A DNA stretch of 64,000 bases from an uncultured bacterium (GTDB taxonomy: Bacteria > Chloroflexota > UBA5177 > JANWHV01), in the NCBI GenBank assembly GCA_963729625.1, contig CAVSOU010000004.1:1-64000 (forward strand), read 5' to 3'. Below, piece after piece: positions 1 to 10,788 of the stretch (position 1 is the first letter of the stretch; the number at the start of each line of letters is the position of its first letter). The notes below the pieces were generated by a model that saw only the letters and a list, made by a program, of their open reading frames with translations, had not been told where the DNA came from and did no database searches. A program made the translations under genes and the position numbers.

Positions 1-160
1 TATGAAGGTGTTTGTCGCGCTGCTCCTGCTTCGTGCTGAGCGAGACTGCGTCGAGGCGCAATGTCACTGCAATAGATCCGGCATGCCTCCATGGCATACG
101 GTCTCCTTGCATCTGGGCACACACCGGTGACCGAGACCAGCCATGGCCGCCTGCGAGGCG
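1..160 (-). pseudogene. YceI-family protein, partial/degenerate (runs off the window)
   Basis: Minus-strand reading GSIAVTLRLDAVSLSTKQEQRDKHLH resembles the YceI motif IDAASIDT..xRDxHL. The upstream part is not in frame. Confidence 0.45.
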
Positions 161-177
161 CATCCCATGGCGCATGC

Positions 178-765
178 TCATGACTGCTGAGTCCTCGCTC
201 GCCGCAGGGCATGTGCCCACCAGGCGAGGTCGTTGACAAGCAGGTCGGCTCGCTGGTCCAGGGACGCAAAGATCGCCGGATCTATGGGTGCTGCCGCGGC
301 CATTGCCGGCCGCATCACGTCGGGCAGAATGTGCTCCGCGTGACGCAGCGGCGCCATCTCGAGTTCGACCGCCACCATCCGCAGCTGCTCGATCGCGCGC
401 GCACCGCCGACATTACCGTAGCCGACGAAGGCCACCGGCTTATGCTGCCACTCCACGAAAGCGTGGTCGAGGGCATTCTTCAGCGCCGCCGGGTAACCGT
501 GGTTGTATTCGGCCGTGACGATCACGTAGCCGTCCGCTTCGTCGATCGTCGTGGCCCAGCGGGCCACTTCCGGCGTGCGATACGTTCTCCCGGCACGGGC
601 AGGCGGTGTCGGCTCCTCGTAGAACGGGAGGGGGTGGTCGCGCAGATCGACGACGGTGACCTCGAGATCATCGCGAGCGGCAAGGCGATCGGCAATCCAG
701 CTGGCGGGCTTGTCGCCGAAGCGGCCCGGACGCGTGCTGCCGATGATCACGGCGATACGGACCAT
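178..765 (-). CDS. NAD(P)H-dependent FMN reductase (SsuE/ChrR flavodoxin-like fold)
   Basis: MVRIAVIIGSTRPGRFG, VTAEYNHGYPAALKNALD, KPVAFVGYG..GGARA. ATG at 765 chosen over the longer ORF-track start. Confidence 0.92.
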   Translation of the reverse strand: MVRIAVIIGSTRPGRFGDKPASWIADRLAARDDLEVTVVDLRDHPLPFYEEPTPPARAGRTYRTPEVARWATTIDEADGYVIVTAEYNHGYPAALKNALDHAFVEWQHKPVAFVGYGNVGGARAIEQLRMVAVELEMAPLRHAEHILPDVMRPAMAAAAPIDPAIFASLDQRADLLVNDLAWWAHALRRARTQQS

Positions 766-844
766 CAAGAGCCGCCCGAAATGGCATTGTAGAGTTCCTT
801 TCCGGCTAATAGTCCGGCAGCCGGCGTGCCGAGCTGCGATCAGT

Positions 845-914
845 AAGTGGAGATAGACTTCCACTTGACCGCAGCATACCACAGTGAGTCACAACCGGAT
901 AGCAGTCTCCACTT
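845..914. promoter_or_regulatory. Putative TetR operators in a divergent promoter region
   Basis: Inverted repeat AAGTGGA-N8-TCCACTT at 845-866 and a related copy ACCGGATAGCAGTCTCCACTT at about 894-914, between the divergent FMN reductase and TetR genes. Confidence 0.7.
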
Positions 915-930
915 CTGCTATGCTTGAGCC

Positions 931-1632
931 ATGTCGTCACCGACCGATCCCCTGCCGGCGCCCGATGCGTCGGCTTCCGCCGAGCGCCACACGCTGCGGG
1001 TAGATGCGGCGCGGAATCGCGAGTGCCTGGTGGAGGCTGCACGCGCCGTCTTCGCCGAGCGCGGTCTGCAGGCGCCGCTTGAGGAGGTCGCGCACCACGC
1101 AGGGGTGGGTATCGCCACACTCTACCGCCGCTTCCCCACGCGTGAGGACCTCATCGCCGCGAGTTTCGAGCGCACGATGACGGAGTACGCCGATGCGATC
1201 GACGAAGCACTGCGAGCGCCGACCGCCTGGGCGGGATTCTGTGGCTACGTGGAACAGGTCTGTGCGATGCAGGCCGCCGATCGCGGACTGCGCGATGTGC
1301 TTACGCTCACGTTTCCCAGGGCCGGCCTATTCGAAGCGCAGCGACTGCGCGCCTATGCTGGCTTTACCGAACTCGTCCGGCGCGCACAGGCCGAGGGCGC
1401 CCTGCGGAGCGACTTCGTCCCCGAAGACCTACTGTTGCTGTTGCTGGCCAATGCCGGCATTGTGCAGGGCACGAGCGAGGTCGCGCCCGCAGCGTGGAAG
1501 AGGTTTGTTGCCTTCATGGTCGAAGCGTGGCGCGCCGATCGGGCCCACTCTCTTCCACCGCCACCCACGCCTGCTCAACTGTACCGCGCGCTCTGCCGGC
1601 ACAGACGCGGCAGATCTGGTCAGGACGGATAG
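931..1632 (+). CDS. TetR/AcrR family transcriptional regulator
   Basis: RVDAARNRECLVEAARAVFAERG..LEEVAHHAGVGIATLYRRFPTREDL is a TetR N-terminal HTH. Confidence 0.95.
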   Translation: MSSPTDPLPAPDASASAERHTLRVDAARNRECLVEAARAVFAERGLQAPLEEVAHHAGVGIATLYRRFPTREDLIAASFERTMTEYADAIDEALRAPTAWAGFCGYVEQVCAMQAADRGLRDVLTLTFPRAGLFEAQRLRAYAGFTELVRRAQAEGALRSDFVPEDLLLLLLANAGIVQGTSEVAPAAWKRFVAFMVEAWRADRAHSLPPPPTPAQLYRALCRHRRGRSGQDG

Positions 1633-1755
1633 GTCCTGCCACTGGCCGCGCCCTTCCCGACCGGGGCGATGGCGCCACTCACGCCACAGCGCCGTTGTTT
1701 ATGGCTGCTTGACGCACTTGCAGTGCTGTCACCTTTATCAGCCGTCGGCTTGTCG

Positions 1756-2760
<1,005 letters not shown>

Positions 2761-2924
2761 TCACCTATGTGCCGAGCGACCGATGTTGCGGTATTCGCCG
2801 TGGGCCCGCGCAGCTTGCCGTGCTCCCGATGACAGGCGCCTCCGCAACGTCTCCCTGGCGCGCAGAGATCGCTCGCCCGTTCGACCTTTCCACGCGACGC
2901 GTGCCGCTTGAAATGTTGTTCCGC

Positions 2925-3135
2925 CTACAGGCCAGTCATGCGCTCCAGGTGCTCGGGATACCGTGCGCCCTGCACGATGATCTGTCCGGTTGCGACGTCG
3001 GTCTCCTCCAGGTCGTCGGCGGAAAGCTCAAGCGCCGTCGCCCCCAGGTTCTCGTCTAATCGCTCCAGCCGCCGCGTGCCGGGTATCGGCACAATCCACG
3101 GCTTCCGGGCGAGCAGCCATGCCAACGCGATCTGG
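2925..3135 (-). pseudogene. C-terminal fragment of a second aldo/keto reductase
   Basis: [32 protein letters not shown] closely parallels the C-terminus of the AKR at 1756-2742. The N-terminal part is absent. Confidence 0.85.
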
Positions 3136-3577
3136 AGTTGCCCTTCCCCCTGTCGCCTGCACTATCGTGAGTCTACCTCGCGCGAGCAGGCTCGACCGTC
3201 TCCCGCTCGGAGGTACGCACGAGTGCCCCCTGCCGCCGTGCCAGGGTGCGCAGGGTGGTGCGAGACAGGATCTGCTTCTCTCATGTCTGCCAGCCGAGGA
3301 GACGGGCGGCGGTGGCGAAGGGCAGTTCCAGCAATGTGCGAGACACCCGAACACCGTGAACTCGCGTTGGTCGTGGGGTTGCGGTCATCCAGTCTGCTGG
3401 AGGGGTAAATGGATCTGCGGTGCACCCAACATGTGCGAGACCAGATGGCCCTGTGATCGGTGCGCGTGCCGAGATCGAGCAGATCATCGCCATTCCTGGT
3501 ATCACGTATCCAGACCAGTACGGCAATCCCTGCTATGTCCGCTGGGTGGCTGGGCGGCGTCTTCAGGTCGCACAGTT

Positions 3578-3662
3578 CATGGTGCCTATCCTGCTGATAT
3601 TTGCCTTCGCGCAGCGGCTTAACCTGGAAGGTGTCACGTTCTCCGGCGGTGCCGTCGGGTGA
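3578..3662 (+). pseudogene. C-terminal tail of a carbohydrate ABC permease
   Basis: MVPILLIFAFAQRLNLEGVTFSGG matches the end of MalG-type permeases (compare LPVILLFALAQKTFISGITLGGLKG at 9.9 kb). Confidence 0.55.
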
Positions 3663-3670
3663 GAGGAGGT

Positions 3671-4426
3671 ATGGGCAGCATGCGCATCGGTCTCTTCGGC
3701 GATGTCCACGCAAATCTGGTAGCACTTGACACTGTGCTGCAACAGCTCGCAGGCGATCGGCCGGACCAGCTTGTGTGTCTCGGGGACGTGGCGATCACCG
3801 GTCCGCATCCGCATGAGGTGGTTGAGCGTATACAGGCATTGGGCTGTCCCGTGGTGCGCGGGAACTGGGAGGACTGGGCGCTGGACATGCGCGCAGGCCG
3901 CTGCTCGTACGACGGCTGCCGGCCCGTCGACCGCTGGTGCGCGGAACGGCTGACCGGCGCGGATCTAGAGTTTCTCGCCGCCTCCACGTCTACGGTAGAG
4001 CTGGAGCTTCCCGGCGGCGAGATGCTCCTTTGCTACCACGGCTCGCCCCGCGACTACAATGAGGTGATCAGCGCCACCACCTCGCACGAGGAGCTCGATC
4101 AGATGCTTGGCGGACGGCAGACCGGGATCCTGGTGGGCGGACACACCCACCTGGCAATGCTGCGCCGCCACGGCGAAGCGCTGATCATCAACCCGGGCAG
4201 CGTCAGTGAGAACTGGAACTTCACGGTATGGCCGGAGCGGAGCCTCTTCAATGCCCACGCCGAGTACGCCCTGATCGATTATCAGCAAGGCGACGCGCGT
4301 GTGACGTTCCGGCGGCTGGCCATCGACGCAGAGACCGTGATCTCGGCTGCCTACGAGCGCGGCATGCCCGGCGCAAACGAATGGGGCGCGTCGTGGCGAC
4401 GTGGAGCATCGCCCATATGCCCCTAA
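3671..4426 (+). CDS. Metallophosphoesterase family protein (YfcE/calcineurin-like)
   Basis: GDVHAN, CLGDV, VRGNWE, YHGSP, GGHTH, INPGSV. AGGAGG RBS. Confidence 0.93.
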   Translation: MGSMRIGLFGDVHANLVALDTVLQQLAGDRPDQLVCLGDVAITGPHPHEVVERIQALGCPVVRGNWEDWALDMRAGRCSYDGCRPVDRWCAERLTGADLEFLAASTSTVELELPGGEMLLCYHGSPRDYNEVISATTSHEELDQMLGGRQTGILVGGHTHLAMLRRHGEALIINPGSVSENWNFTVWPERSLFNAHAEYALIDYQQGDARVTFRRLAIDAETVISAAYERGMPGANEWGASWRRGASPICP

Positions 4427-4680
4427 CAAAGCTCGTGGCGCTGCACGGTGGCGTGATCGGGCGATTGCAGGCGCTCGGACTCCGCGAAAGCTGGCGGCAA
4501 CGGAATCCTTCACCTGAGACCGCTTCCGGCACGCTTGACGATAGCGCACATCCGCGCGTCGACTGCATCTGGGCAAGCCCGGATCTGGCGGCACAGATCG
4601 TGGAGTCCTCGATCCTGCGCTTCCCGCGGGTGAGGGCCGCGTCTACCATTGCCCCGTACCGACGTTCTTCGAGCTGGAGG
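4417..4680 (+). pseudogene. Fragment of an endonuclease/exonuclease/phosphatase-family protein
   Basis: GLRESWRQRNP..RVDCIWASPDLA resembles the EEP motifs GlxDswr..RiDyi. No N-terminus and no terminal SDH motif. Confidence 0.5.
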
Positions 4681-4717
4681 GGTATTCTACATATGCGGGT
4701 TCTATGTGGAGGTGCTC

Positions 4718-6106
4718 ATGGACCAGGGTCTGCTAACGGTCGAGGAGACAGTCACTCACGAGGACGGCAACAGCGATAGGCTGTATCCATTCACCGTGCC
4801 GGAAGGGGCGACGGCCCTGCGCCTCAGCTTCACAGTAGACCCGCAGGGCTCAGGACCCTACGACCATTGCATCGGCGTGCACCTGCACGATCCCCATGGC
4901 TCACGAGGCACGCCGGGCTACGCCGCTACGGTGCCGCCGCGGATCGGACCTAGCGGTGCCACGCCTGGACTCGTCCCCGGACCGCTGCCGCCCGGCACGT
5001 GGAACGCGGAGGTGGGCATAACGTACGTGGTGGAGGGGCCGCCCTGCAACTTCCGCTTGAGTATCTGGCTGGAGGACGCGGTAGATGCCGAACCGCCACC
5101 GTCGCCGAAGGCGCTGCCGGCAGTCGTAGCAGGCACCAGGCCCGGCTGGTATGCCGGCGACCTGCACCTGCACTCGCAGCACTCGGACGGGCGATGGTCG
5201 ATCCCCGATCTCTGGCGCGCCGTCCAGGCACGCCAACTGGATTTCTTCGTGCTCACCGACCACAATTCGGTTACCGGCCATGCCGATCTGGCTTCGCTAG
5301 AGATGGGCAAGGTACTGCCCATCCCCGGTATCGAGGTGAGCATGCGCAGCGGCCACCTCCTGGCGCTCGGCACCGAGACGTTGATCGACTGGCGGGTCGG
5401 GCAGAACGGGCGGACGATCCATGACGTGCTACAAGACGTGCATGCCGCGGGCGGACTGGCCATCATCGCTCATCCAGGCGCGGATCCTAGCCCGATCTGT
5501 CATGGCTGCCGATGGGACTTGCCGGACGTCGATCCGCGCGAGATCGACGCCGTCGAAGTGTGGAACAGCAGATGGCTGCTAGATGAGGACAATGAAAGGA
5601 GTCTCTTGTTCTACGACCGGTGGCTGACTGCGGGCTTTCGCGTGCCGATCAGCGGCGGCAGTGACGAGCATGGGCATAAGCCCCTGTTCGGGCACGACGT
5701 ACCCACCACCCACGTGTATGCGAGAGAGCTGAGTCGCGAGGCGATACTCGACGGCATCCGTGCCGGGCATACGGTGGTGAGCAGCGGGCCGCTGCTGCGA
5801 GTCAATGTGACGTCCGGCGACGTAACCGCGATGCCCGGTGATGCGGTTGCCGCAATCGGGCCCCTGGTCATCGAGGCCACGGTGTCCGCCGTGCCTGAAG
5901 GAGGTCGCCTGACCATTCTGCGCAACGGCGCGGTTCTGGCCGAAACGATCGTGCAGGCGGAGGGAGCCTGCCGGTACGCGAGCAATCAGGCTGAGCCCGG
6001 ATGGTATCGGGCGGATCTCCGGTCCCTCGACGGGAGTGAGATGCTTGCCATCGCCAGCCCGTTCTTCGTCGGAGACTCCCAACACAATTCGCAAGCGATT
6101 CCCTAG
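4718..6106 (+). CDS. PHP-domain (CehA/McbA-like) metallohydrolase
   Basis: WYAGDLHLHSQHSDG, LTDHN, IAHP, EVWN, GGSDEH. GGAGG RBS. Confidence 0.88.
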   Translation: MDQGLLTVEETVTHEDGNSDRLYPFTVPEGATALRLSFTVDPQGSGPYDHCIGVHLHDPHGSRGTPGYAATVPPRIGPSGATPGLVPGPLPPGTWNAEVGITYVVEGPPCNFRLSIWLEDAVDAEPPPSPKALPAVVAGTRPGWYAGDLHLHSQHSDGRWSIPDLWRAVQARQLDFFVLTDHNSVTGHADLASLEMGKVLPIPGIEVSMRSGHLLALGTETLIDWRVGQNGRTIHDVLQDVHAAGGLAIIAHPGADPSPICHGCRWDLPDVDPREIDAVEVWNSRWLLDEDNERSLLFYDRWLTAGFRVPISGGSDEHGHKPLFGHDVPTTHVYARELSREAILDGIRAGHTVVSSGPLLRVNVTSGDVTAMPGDAVAAIGPLVIEATVSAVPEGGRLTILRNGAVLAETIVQAEGACRYASNQAEPGWYRADLRSLDGSEMLAIASPFFVGDSQHNSQAIP

Positions 6107-6218
6107 CAGTGACCGCAACGGTCGAACGCACACATGCCGCCGTCAAGTGCCGGGCGCTTCATCGCGATGCGGCGGCAAAGCACCCGTGGCCGCCTCGCGT
6201 CGGCGGAGCATACTTGGT

Positions 6219-6341
6219 CTTAACACGAGCTTAACGAGCACTTTGCCCCGTTTGCCGAGCGCGAGCATATAATGGGTGTGTCGGGGTGGAAGCTGCCGAG
6301 CACTGTGTTGCACGCATTCGTCCGATGTGGAAACGTTTTCT
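6219..6341 (+). promoter_or_regulatory. Candidate regulatory sites upstream of the sugar ABC operon
   Basis: CTTAAC direct repeat with 11-bp period (6219, 6230), TATAAT at 6268-6273, and a LacI/cre-like TGGAAACGTTTTCT at 6328-6341. Confidence 0.4.
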
Positions 6342-6735
6342 ATCGCCAGCCGGAGCCACGCGGCGCCGTGTGGCGGCCCCGATTGCGCGAATATGACCCG
6401 CATTTGCTTCAGCGAGCGCGAAAGCCTGCGTTGACCTCCGTATGCGTTCGGCGCGCAGATAAGCTCAAACGGGAAAGGTGAGGCAAATTGCGCCGGCACC
6501 GGTTCTATAAGGGGATATGCTGACAAGCCACCGAGAGCACGTTAACGGCGTGCGGCCTATGCTACCAGTAACGGGGTGCGATACATCACCTGTTGGGCGA
6601 TAGGATAAGCGAGAGGAGGGGCGCAGCAAGCACCGGGTCGGAAGGACGTTTGAGCCACTTCACGTGCATGGTGACCACGACAGACAACTATTGACTGTGC
6701 TGATCGCTCATCGCTTCACCTGGAGGAGATAGCAT

Positions 6736-8043
6736 ATGGCCACCCACATGCGTGCCCCTAAGCGGGCGACGCTCGCCCTCGTGCTCGTGGCATGCCTTAC
6801 GCTGCCAACCACCGGCATCGTTCAAGGCCAACGCGTAACGGCGCCGATAACAATCCAAGTCGACGGCTGCTGGACCAACAAGGATCAGGATGCCGCGTTG
6901 CAGAAGATTGTTGCCGCATTCAATGCATCGCAAGCAGGTATCGTCGTCAAAGCAGGCGAGCAAGGCACTGCAGCCAAGATTGTCACCGAGGTGAGCGCGG
7001 GAAACCCTCCGGACATCTACTTCGACTGCTCGAGTGCCGACGTGGGCGAATGGGCCGCAAACGGATACATCCTGAATCTGGATCCCTATATACAATCCAG
7101 CCATTTCGATCTGAGCAAGCTCAATCGCGGCGCCCACCAGATCGGCACCTATCAGGGCCATACCTATGCGCTGCCGTTCCTCGAAGACACCTTCATGCTG
7201 CTTTACAACAAAGCGCTCTTCAAAGCAGCGGGGCTCGACCCAAACAATCCGCCGACCACCGCCGAGGCCGTTGCCGCCGATTCGGACAAATTGACCAAGA
7301 AGGACGGCAACGGTAACATCACGCAGCTTGGTTTCAACCCAACGTTTAGCGCAGGCGACTTCGACGGCACGTGGCTCTCGGTGCTCGCCATCACCTTCGG
7401 CGGTAGCCTGGCCGATGCCACCGGCACCAAGATTACTGCCAATTGCGCGGCATGCATCGCCGCGTTGACGTGGGAGACTGGATTCTATACACGTTACGGA
7501 GCGGCGGCGGTCGACAAGTTCCTTGCTTCCGGTGGCACGGGAAATCTGTTCTACTCTGGCAAGCTCGCGATGGACATTTCCGGCGAGTGGACCCCGTTCT
7601 TCACACCCAAATCTCTCGACTACGGCGTGGCGCCGCTGCCTCATCCGGCCAACCGGCCTGACCTGGCCAACTACGGCATGGTCGGCGGCAACCCCGGCAC
7701 AATCATGAAAGGCAGCAAGAATCCCGGCGCTGCCTGGACGTTCCTGAGCTACGTCGAGGGGCTTGGGCCAACCATGAGTTTTGCCTACGCCATGGATAAC
7801 GTGCCGCAGCTCATTGCCGGAGAGAACTCGCCGAAACTCAACCCCGATCCGCACTACCGCGTGTTCGTGAAATACGCGCAGGGCCCGCACATCGCGGCCT
7901 TCCCCGTTTCGCCGGTCTCGTCTGCGTACGCTGCTGCCCTGGCTTCCACCGAACAACTGGTGCTTCATGGAAAGATGACCGCCAAGGCCGGCCTGGATAA
8001 GGTAACCAGCGACCTTCAAGGCCAGCTCAATTCGGGTATCTAG
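6736..8043 (+). CDS. Carbohydrate ABC transporter substrate-binding protein
   Basis: Signal peptide, AGNPPDI, YALP..LLYNKALFKAAGL, FYSGKLAMDISGEW, SKNP.AAWTF. GGAGG RBS. Confidence 0.93.
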   Translation: MATHMRAPKRATLALVLVACLTLPTTGIVQGQRVTAPITIQVDGCWTNKDQDAALQKIVAAFNASQAGIVVKAGEQGTAAKIVTEVSAGNPPDIYFDCSSADVGEWAANGYILNLDPYIQSSHFDLSKLNRGAHQIGTYQGHTYALPFLEDTFMLLYNKALFKAAGLDPNNPPTTAEAVAADSDKLTKKDGNGNITQLGFNPTFSAGDFDGTWLSVLAITFGGSLADATGTKITANCAACIAALTWETGFYTRYGAAAVDKFLASGGTGNLFYSGKLAMDISGEWTPFFTPKSLDYGVAPLPHPANRPDLANYGMVGGNPGTIMKGSKNPGAAWTFLSYVEGLGPTMSFAYAMDNVPQLIAGENSPKLNPDPHYRVFVKYAQGPHIAAFPVSPVSSAYAAALASTEQLVLHGKMTAKAGLDKVTSDLQGQLNSGI

Positions 8044-8051
8044 CTGGCGAA

Positions 8052-8081
8052 GGGTGGGCGCGCCGATCGGCGCGCCCACCC
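8052..8081. terminator. Perfect 30-bp palindrome after the SBP gene (mRNA-stabilising hairpin or attenuator)
   Basis: GGGTGGGCGCGCCGATCGGCGCGCCCACCC is self-complementary and has no U-tract. Confidence 0.7.
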
Positions 8082-8116
8082 ATCATCTACAGGCATGACG
8101 AAAGGCTGGTGCTCTG

Positions 8117-9063
8117 ATGGTCAGAGGACGAGCGGTAGGTTTGAGCCGTTCGGAACGGCGGAATATCGTCGTGGGACTGATCGTTCGCATCGCCGTTCAT
8201 CCTCGGCTTCCTGGCATTCACGCTGTACCCCGTGGCCATGTCCTTGTACTACAGCTTCAATCACTACGGCGGCATCGAGCCACCGCGCTGGATCGGGCTG
8301 AATAACTACCGATACATGCTCCAGCAGGACGACCAGTTTCGCCAGGCCCTTGGGAACACGATCTATATGGTCGTCTTCGACGTCCCTGCCGAGTTGATCA
8401 CGGCATTCCTGATGGCCATCCTGCTCAACGCGAAGATCCGCGGCCAGACGATCTACCGCTCCTTCTATATCCTGCCGGCGTTCATGCCCCTTGTCCCTGT
8501 AGCCGTGCTCTGGATGTGGCTGTTCGACCCCAATTTCGGCGCAGTCGACGGTGTTACTGGGATTTCTGCATCTCCCCCAGCCGCTCTGGTTGGCCGACCC
8601 CGGTTGGAGCAAGCCCACGCTCATTCTGATGAACATGTGGACGGTGGGAACCACCACGATTATCTATTTGGCGGCTCTGCAAGGCGTGCCCGAGACGCTG
8701 TATGAGGCGGCGGCGCTCGATGGCGCGGGACGAGTTCGGCAGCTCTGGCACGTGACCGTGCCCATGATCTCCGCCGCTACATTCTTCAACCTGATCACTA
8801 CGATGATCGCCGTGTTCCAGACTTTCACAGAGGCCTATCTGCTGGGAGGAACCAGTAACAACACGAGCTCTACCCCTATTGGAAATCCTCAAGGTTCAAT
8901 GCTCTTTTTCGTGCTGTACCTGTGGAGTTCCGCCTTTAGCTACCTCCGCTTCGGATACGCCTCGGCGCTCGCCTGGCTCTTGTTCATGATCATCCTGGGC
9001 TGCACCGCGGTAATGCTGTATGGATCGCGCCGCTGGGTCTACTACGAGTCGGAGGCAGCCTGA
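8117..9063 (+). CDS. Carbohydrate ABC permease (MalF-like) with two apparent +1 frameshifts
   Basis: Three consecutive frames give MVRGRAVG..VGLI / FASPFILGFLAFTLYPVAMSLYYSF..WIGLNNY / LLGFLHLPQPLWL..LYEAAALDGAG (EAA motif). Extra G near 8183 and 8553; sequencing error or pseudogene. Confidence 0.88.
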
Positions 9064-9938
9064 TGGTTACCGCTTCGGACAGCGCGTGGCTGTCGACAAA
9101 CGCACAATCAGCGCGTCGCCGCTGGGTGGGCCAGGCGCTTGCCCACCTGCTGGTCGGCGGAGTCGGGCTGTTGTTCGTGTTTCCATTTGTCTGGATGGTG
9201 ATCTGCTCGTTTAAGTCCACCCGTGAGATCATGGATATTCCGCCGACCGTGCTGCCGCAGCAGTGGGTGCTTGGCAACTACCACGAGGCAGTGACGGCGA
9301 TTCCCTTTTTCCGCTATACCCTGAACACGGTGCTGATTTCCGGCGGGTGCGTGGCAGGCACGGTATTCTCGTGCTCCCTGGTGGCGTTCTCATTCTCACG
9401 CGTGCGTTGGCGCGGGCGCGAGGTGCTATTCGTGCTCGTGCTGAGCACCATGCTGCTGCCGTCCGAGATCACGCTCATCCCTTTGTATATTGTATTCAAG
9501 ACCCTGGGCTGGGTAGGCACCTACGCGCCATTAATGGTGCCATCGCTCTTTGGCAGTGCCTTCTACATCTTCCTGCTCCGTCAGTTCTTCAGGACGATCC
9601 CACCGGAGCTGGACGAGGCGGCGCGCATCGACGGCGCCGGCTATCTGACCATCTTCGTTCGCATAATCTTGCCGCTGGCCCGCCCGGCCTTGGCGGTAGT
9701 GGTGGTCCTGACCTTTTTGCAGAAATGGACCGATTTCCTTGGCCCACTCATCTATCTCAACGATCCGGATACCTATACCTTGTCACTCGGGCTGCAGCAA
9801 TTCCAGTCCGCGCATTCGACGGAATGGGGACCGCTGATGGCGGCCTCGACCTTGTTCATGCTGCCGGTAATCCTGCTGTTCGCGCTGGCCCAGAAGACAT
9901 TCATCAGCGGCATCACGCTCGGCGGTTTGAAAGGATAA
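9063..9938 (+). CDS. Carbohydrate ABC permease (MalG-like)
   Basis: FLLRQFFRTIPPELDEAARIDGAG EAA loop and multiple transmembrane segments. Confidence 0.95.
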   Translation: MVTASDSAWLSTNAQSARRRWVGQALAHLLVGGVGLLFVFPFVWMVICSFKSTREIMDIPPTVLPQQWVLGNYHEAVTAIPFFRYTLNTVLISGGCVAGTVFSCSLVAFSFSRVRWRGREVLFVLVLSTMLLPSEITLIPLYIVFKTLGWVGTYAPLMVPSLFGSAFYIFLLRQFFRTIPPELDEAARIDGAGYLTIFVRIILPLARPALAVVVVLTFLQKWTDFLGPLIYLNDPDTYTLSLGLQQFQSAHSTEWGPLMAASTLFMLPVILLFALAQKTFISGITLGGLKG

Positions 9939-9940
9939 CT

Positions 9941-10714
9941 ATGATAGCCAAACCAGACCCTGGCATACCGGTCGCGCTGCAACTGTACACTGTGCGCGAG
10001 GAAGCTGCTCGCGACTTCACCGGCACGTTGAAAGCCGTCGCTGCCGTCGGCTACAAAGCGGTTGAACTGGGTGACTTCGGGGATTTCTCGGCTGCTGCCC
10101 TGCGGGACGTGCTGGACGGCCTCGGGCTCGTTGCGCTCGCCAACCACGTAGGGCTGCCTGACCTGCGCTCGGCATTGGACAGCGCGATCGACGACTGCCT
10201 GGCCTTGGGCTGTCGATATCTTCTCTGCCCCTCGCAGCCGGAGGAGGAGCGCGGCAACGCCGATGCCTATCGCCGGCTGGCAGCCGAGCTCACGACCATA
10301 GGCCAGCGTTGCCGAGATCGCGGACTGGGCTTTGCTTATCACAACCACGATTTCGAGTTTGACCGATTCGACGGACGCTACGGGTTGGATGTACTGCTGG
10401 AAGCTGCGGACGCCCAAGCCGTGAAGTCGGAGCTCGATGTGTACTGGACATGCTATGCCGGCGTGGAACCGGCGTCCTTCCTTCGCCACTTGGGATCACG
10501 CTGCGCGATCTTGCATCTCAAGGACATGACCAAAGACGATTCGCGCACGTTCGCAGAAGTCGGCGAGGGGCGGCTCGACTTCCCATCCATCTTCACCGCT
10601 GCCAGGGAAGCCGGCGTCGAGTTCTACGTGGTGGAGCAGGACCAGTGCCAGCGTCCTCCCCTCGAGAGCATCGCTATCAGCCTGAAGAATCTACGCTCGT
10701 GGGGCATCGCGTGA
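9941..10714 (+). CDS. Sugar phosphate isomerase/epimerase (xylose-isomerase-like TIM barrel, IolE/IolI-like)
   Basis: ALQLYTVR, FAYHNHDFEF, ELDVYW, LHLKDM, EVGEG, VVEQD. Confidence 0.92.
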   Translation: MIAKPDPGIPVALQLYTVREEAARDFTGTLKAVAAVGYKAVELGDFGDFSAAALRDVLDGLGLVALANHVGLPDLRSALDSAIDDCLALGCRYLLCPSQPEEERGNADAYRRLAAELTTIGQRCRDRGLGFAYHNHDFEFDRFDGRYGLDVLLEAADAQAVKSELDVYWTCYAGVEPASFLRHLGSRCAILHLKDMTKDDSRTFAEVGEGRLDFPSIFTAAREAGVEFYVVEQDQCQRPPLESIAISLKNLRSWGIA

Positions 10715-10788
10715 GAGGAGACGATGCATAACTGCTTCGGTCTCCGCCATGCCGAATGGCTGTGGAGGCTATCAACCATGAGGTGCAT

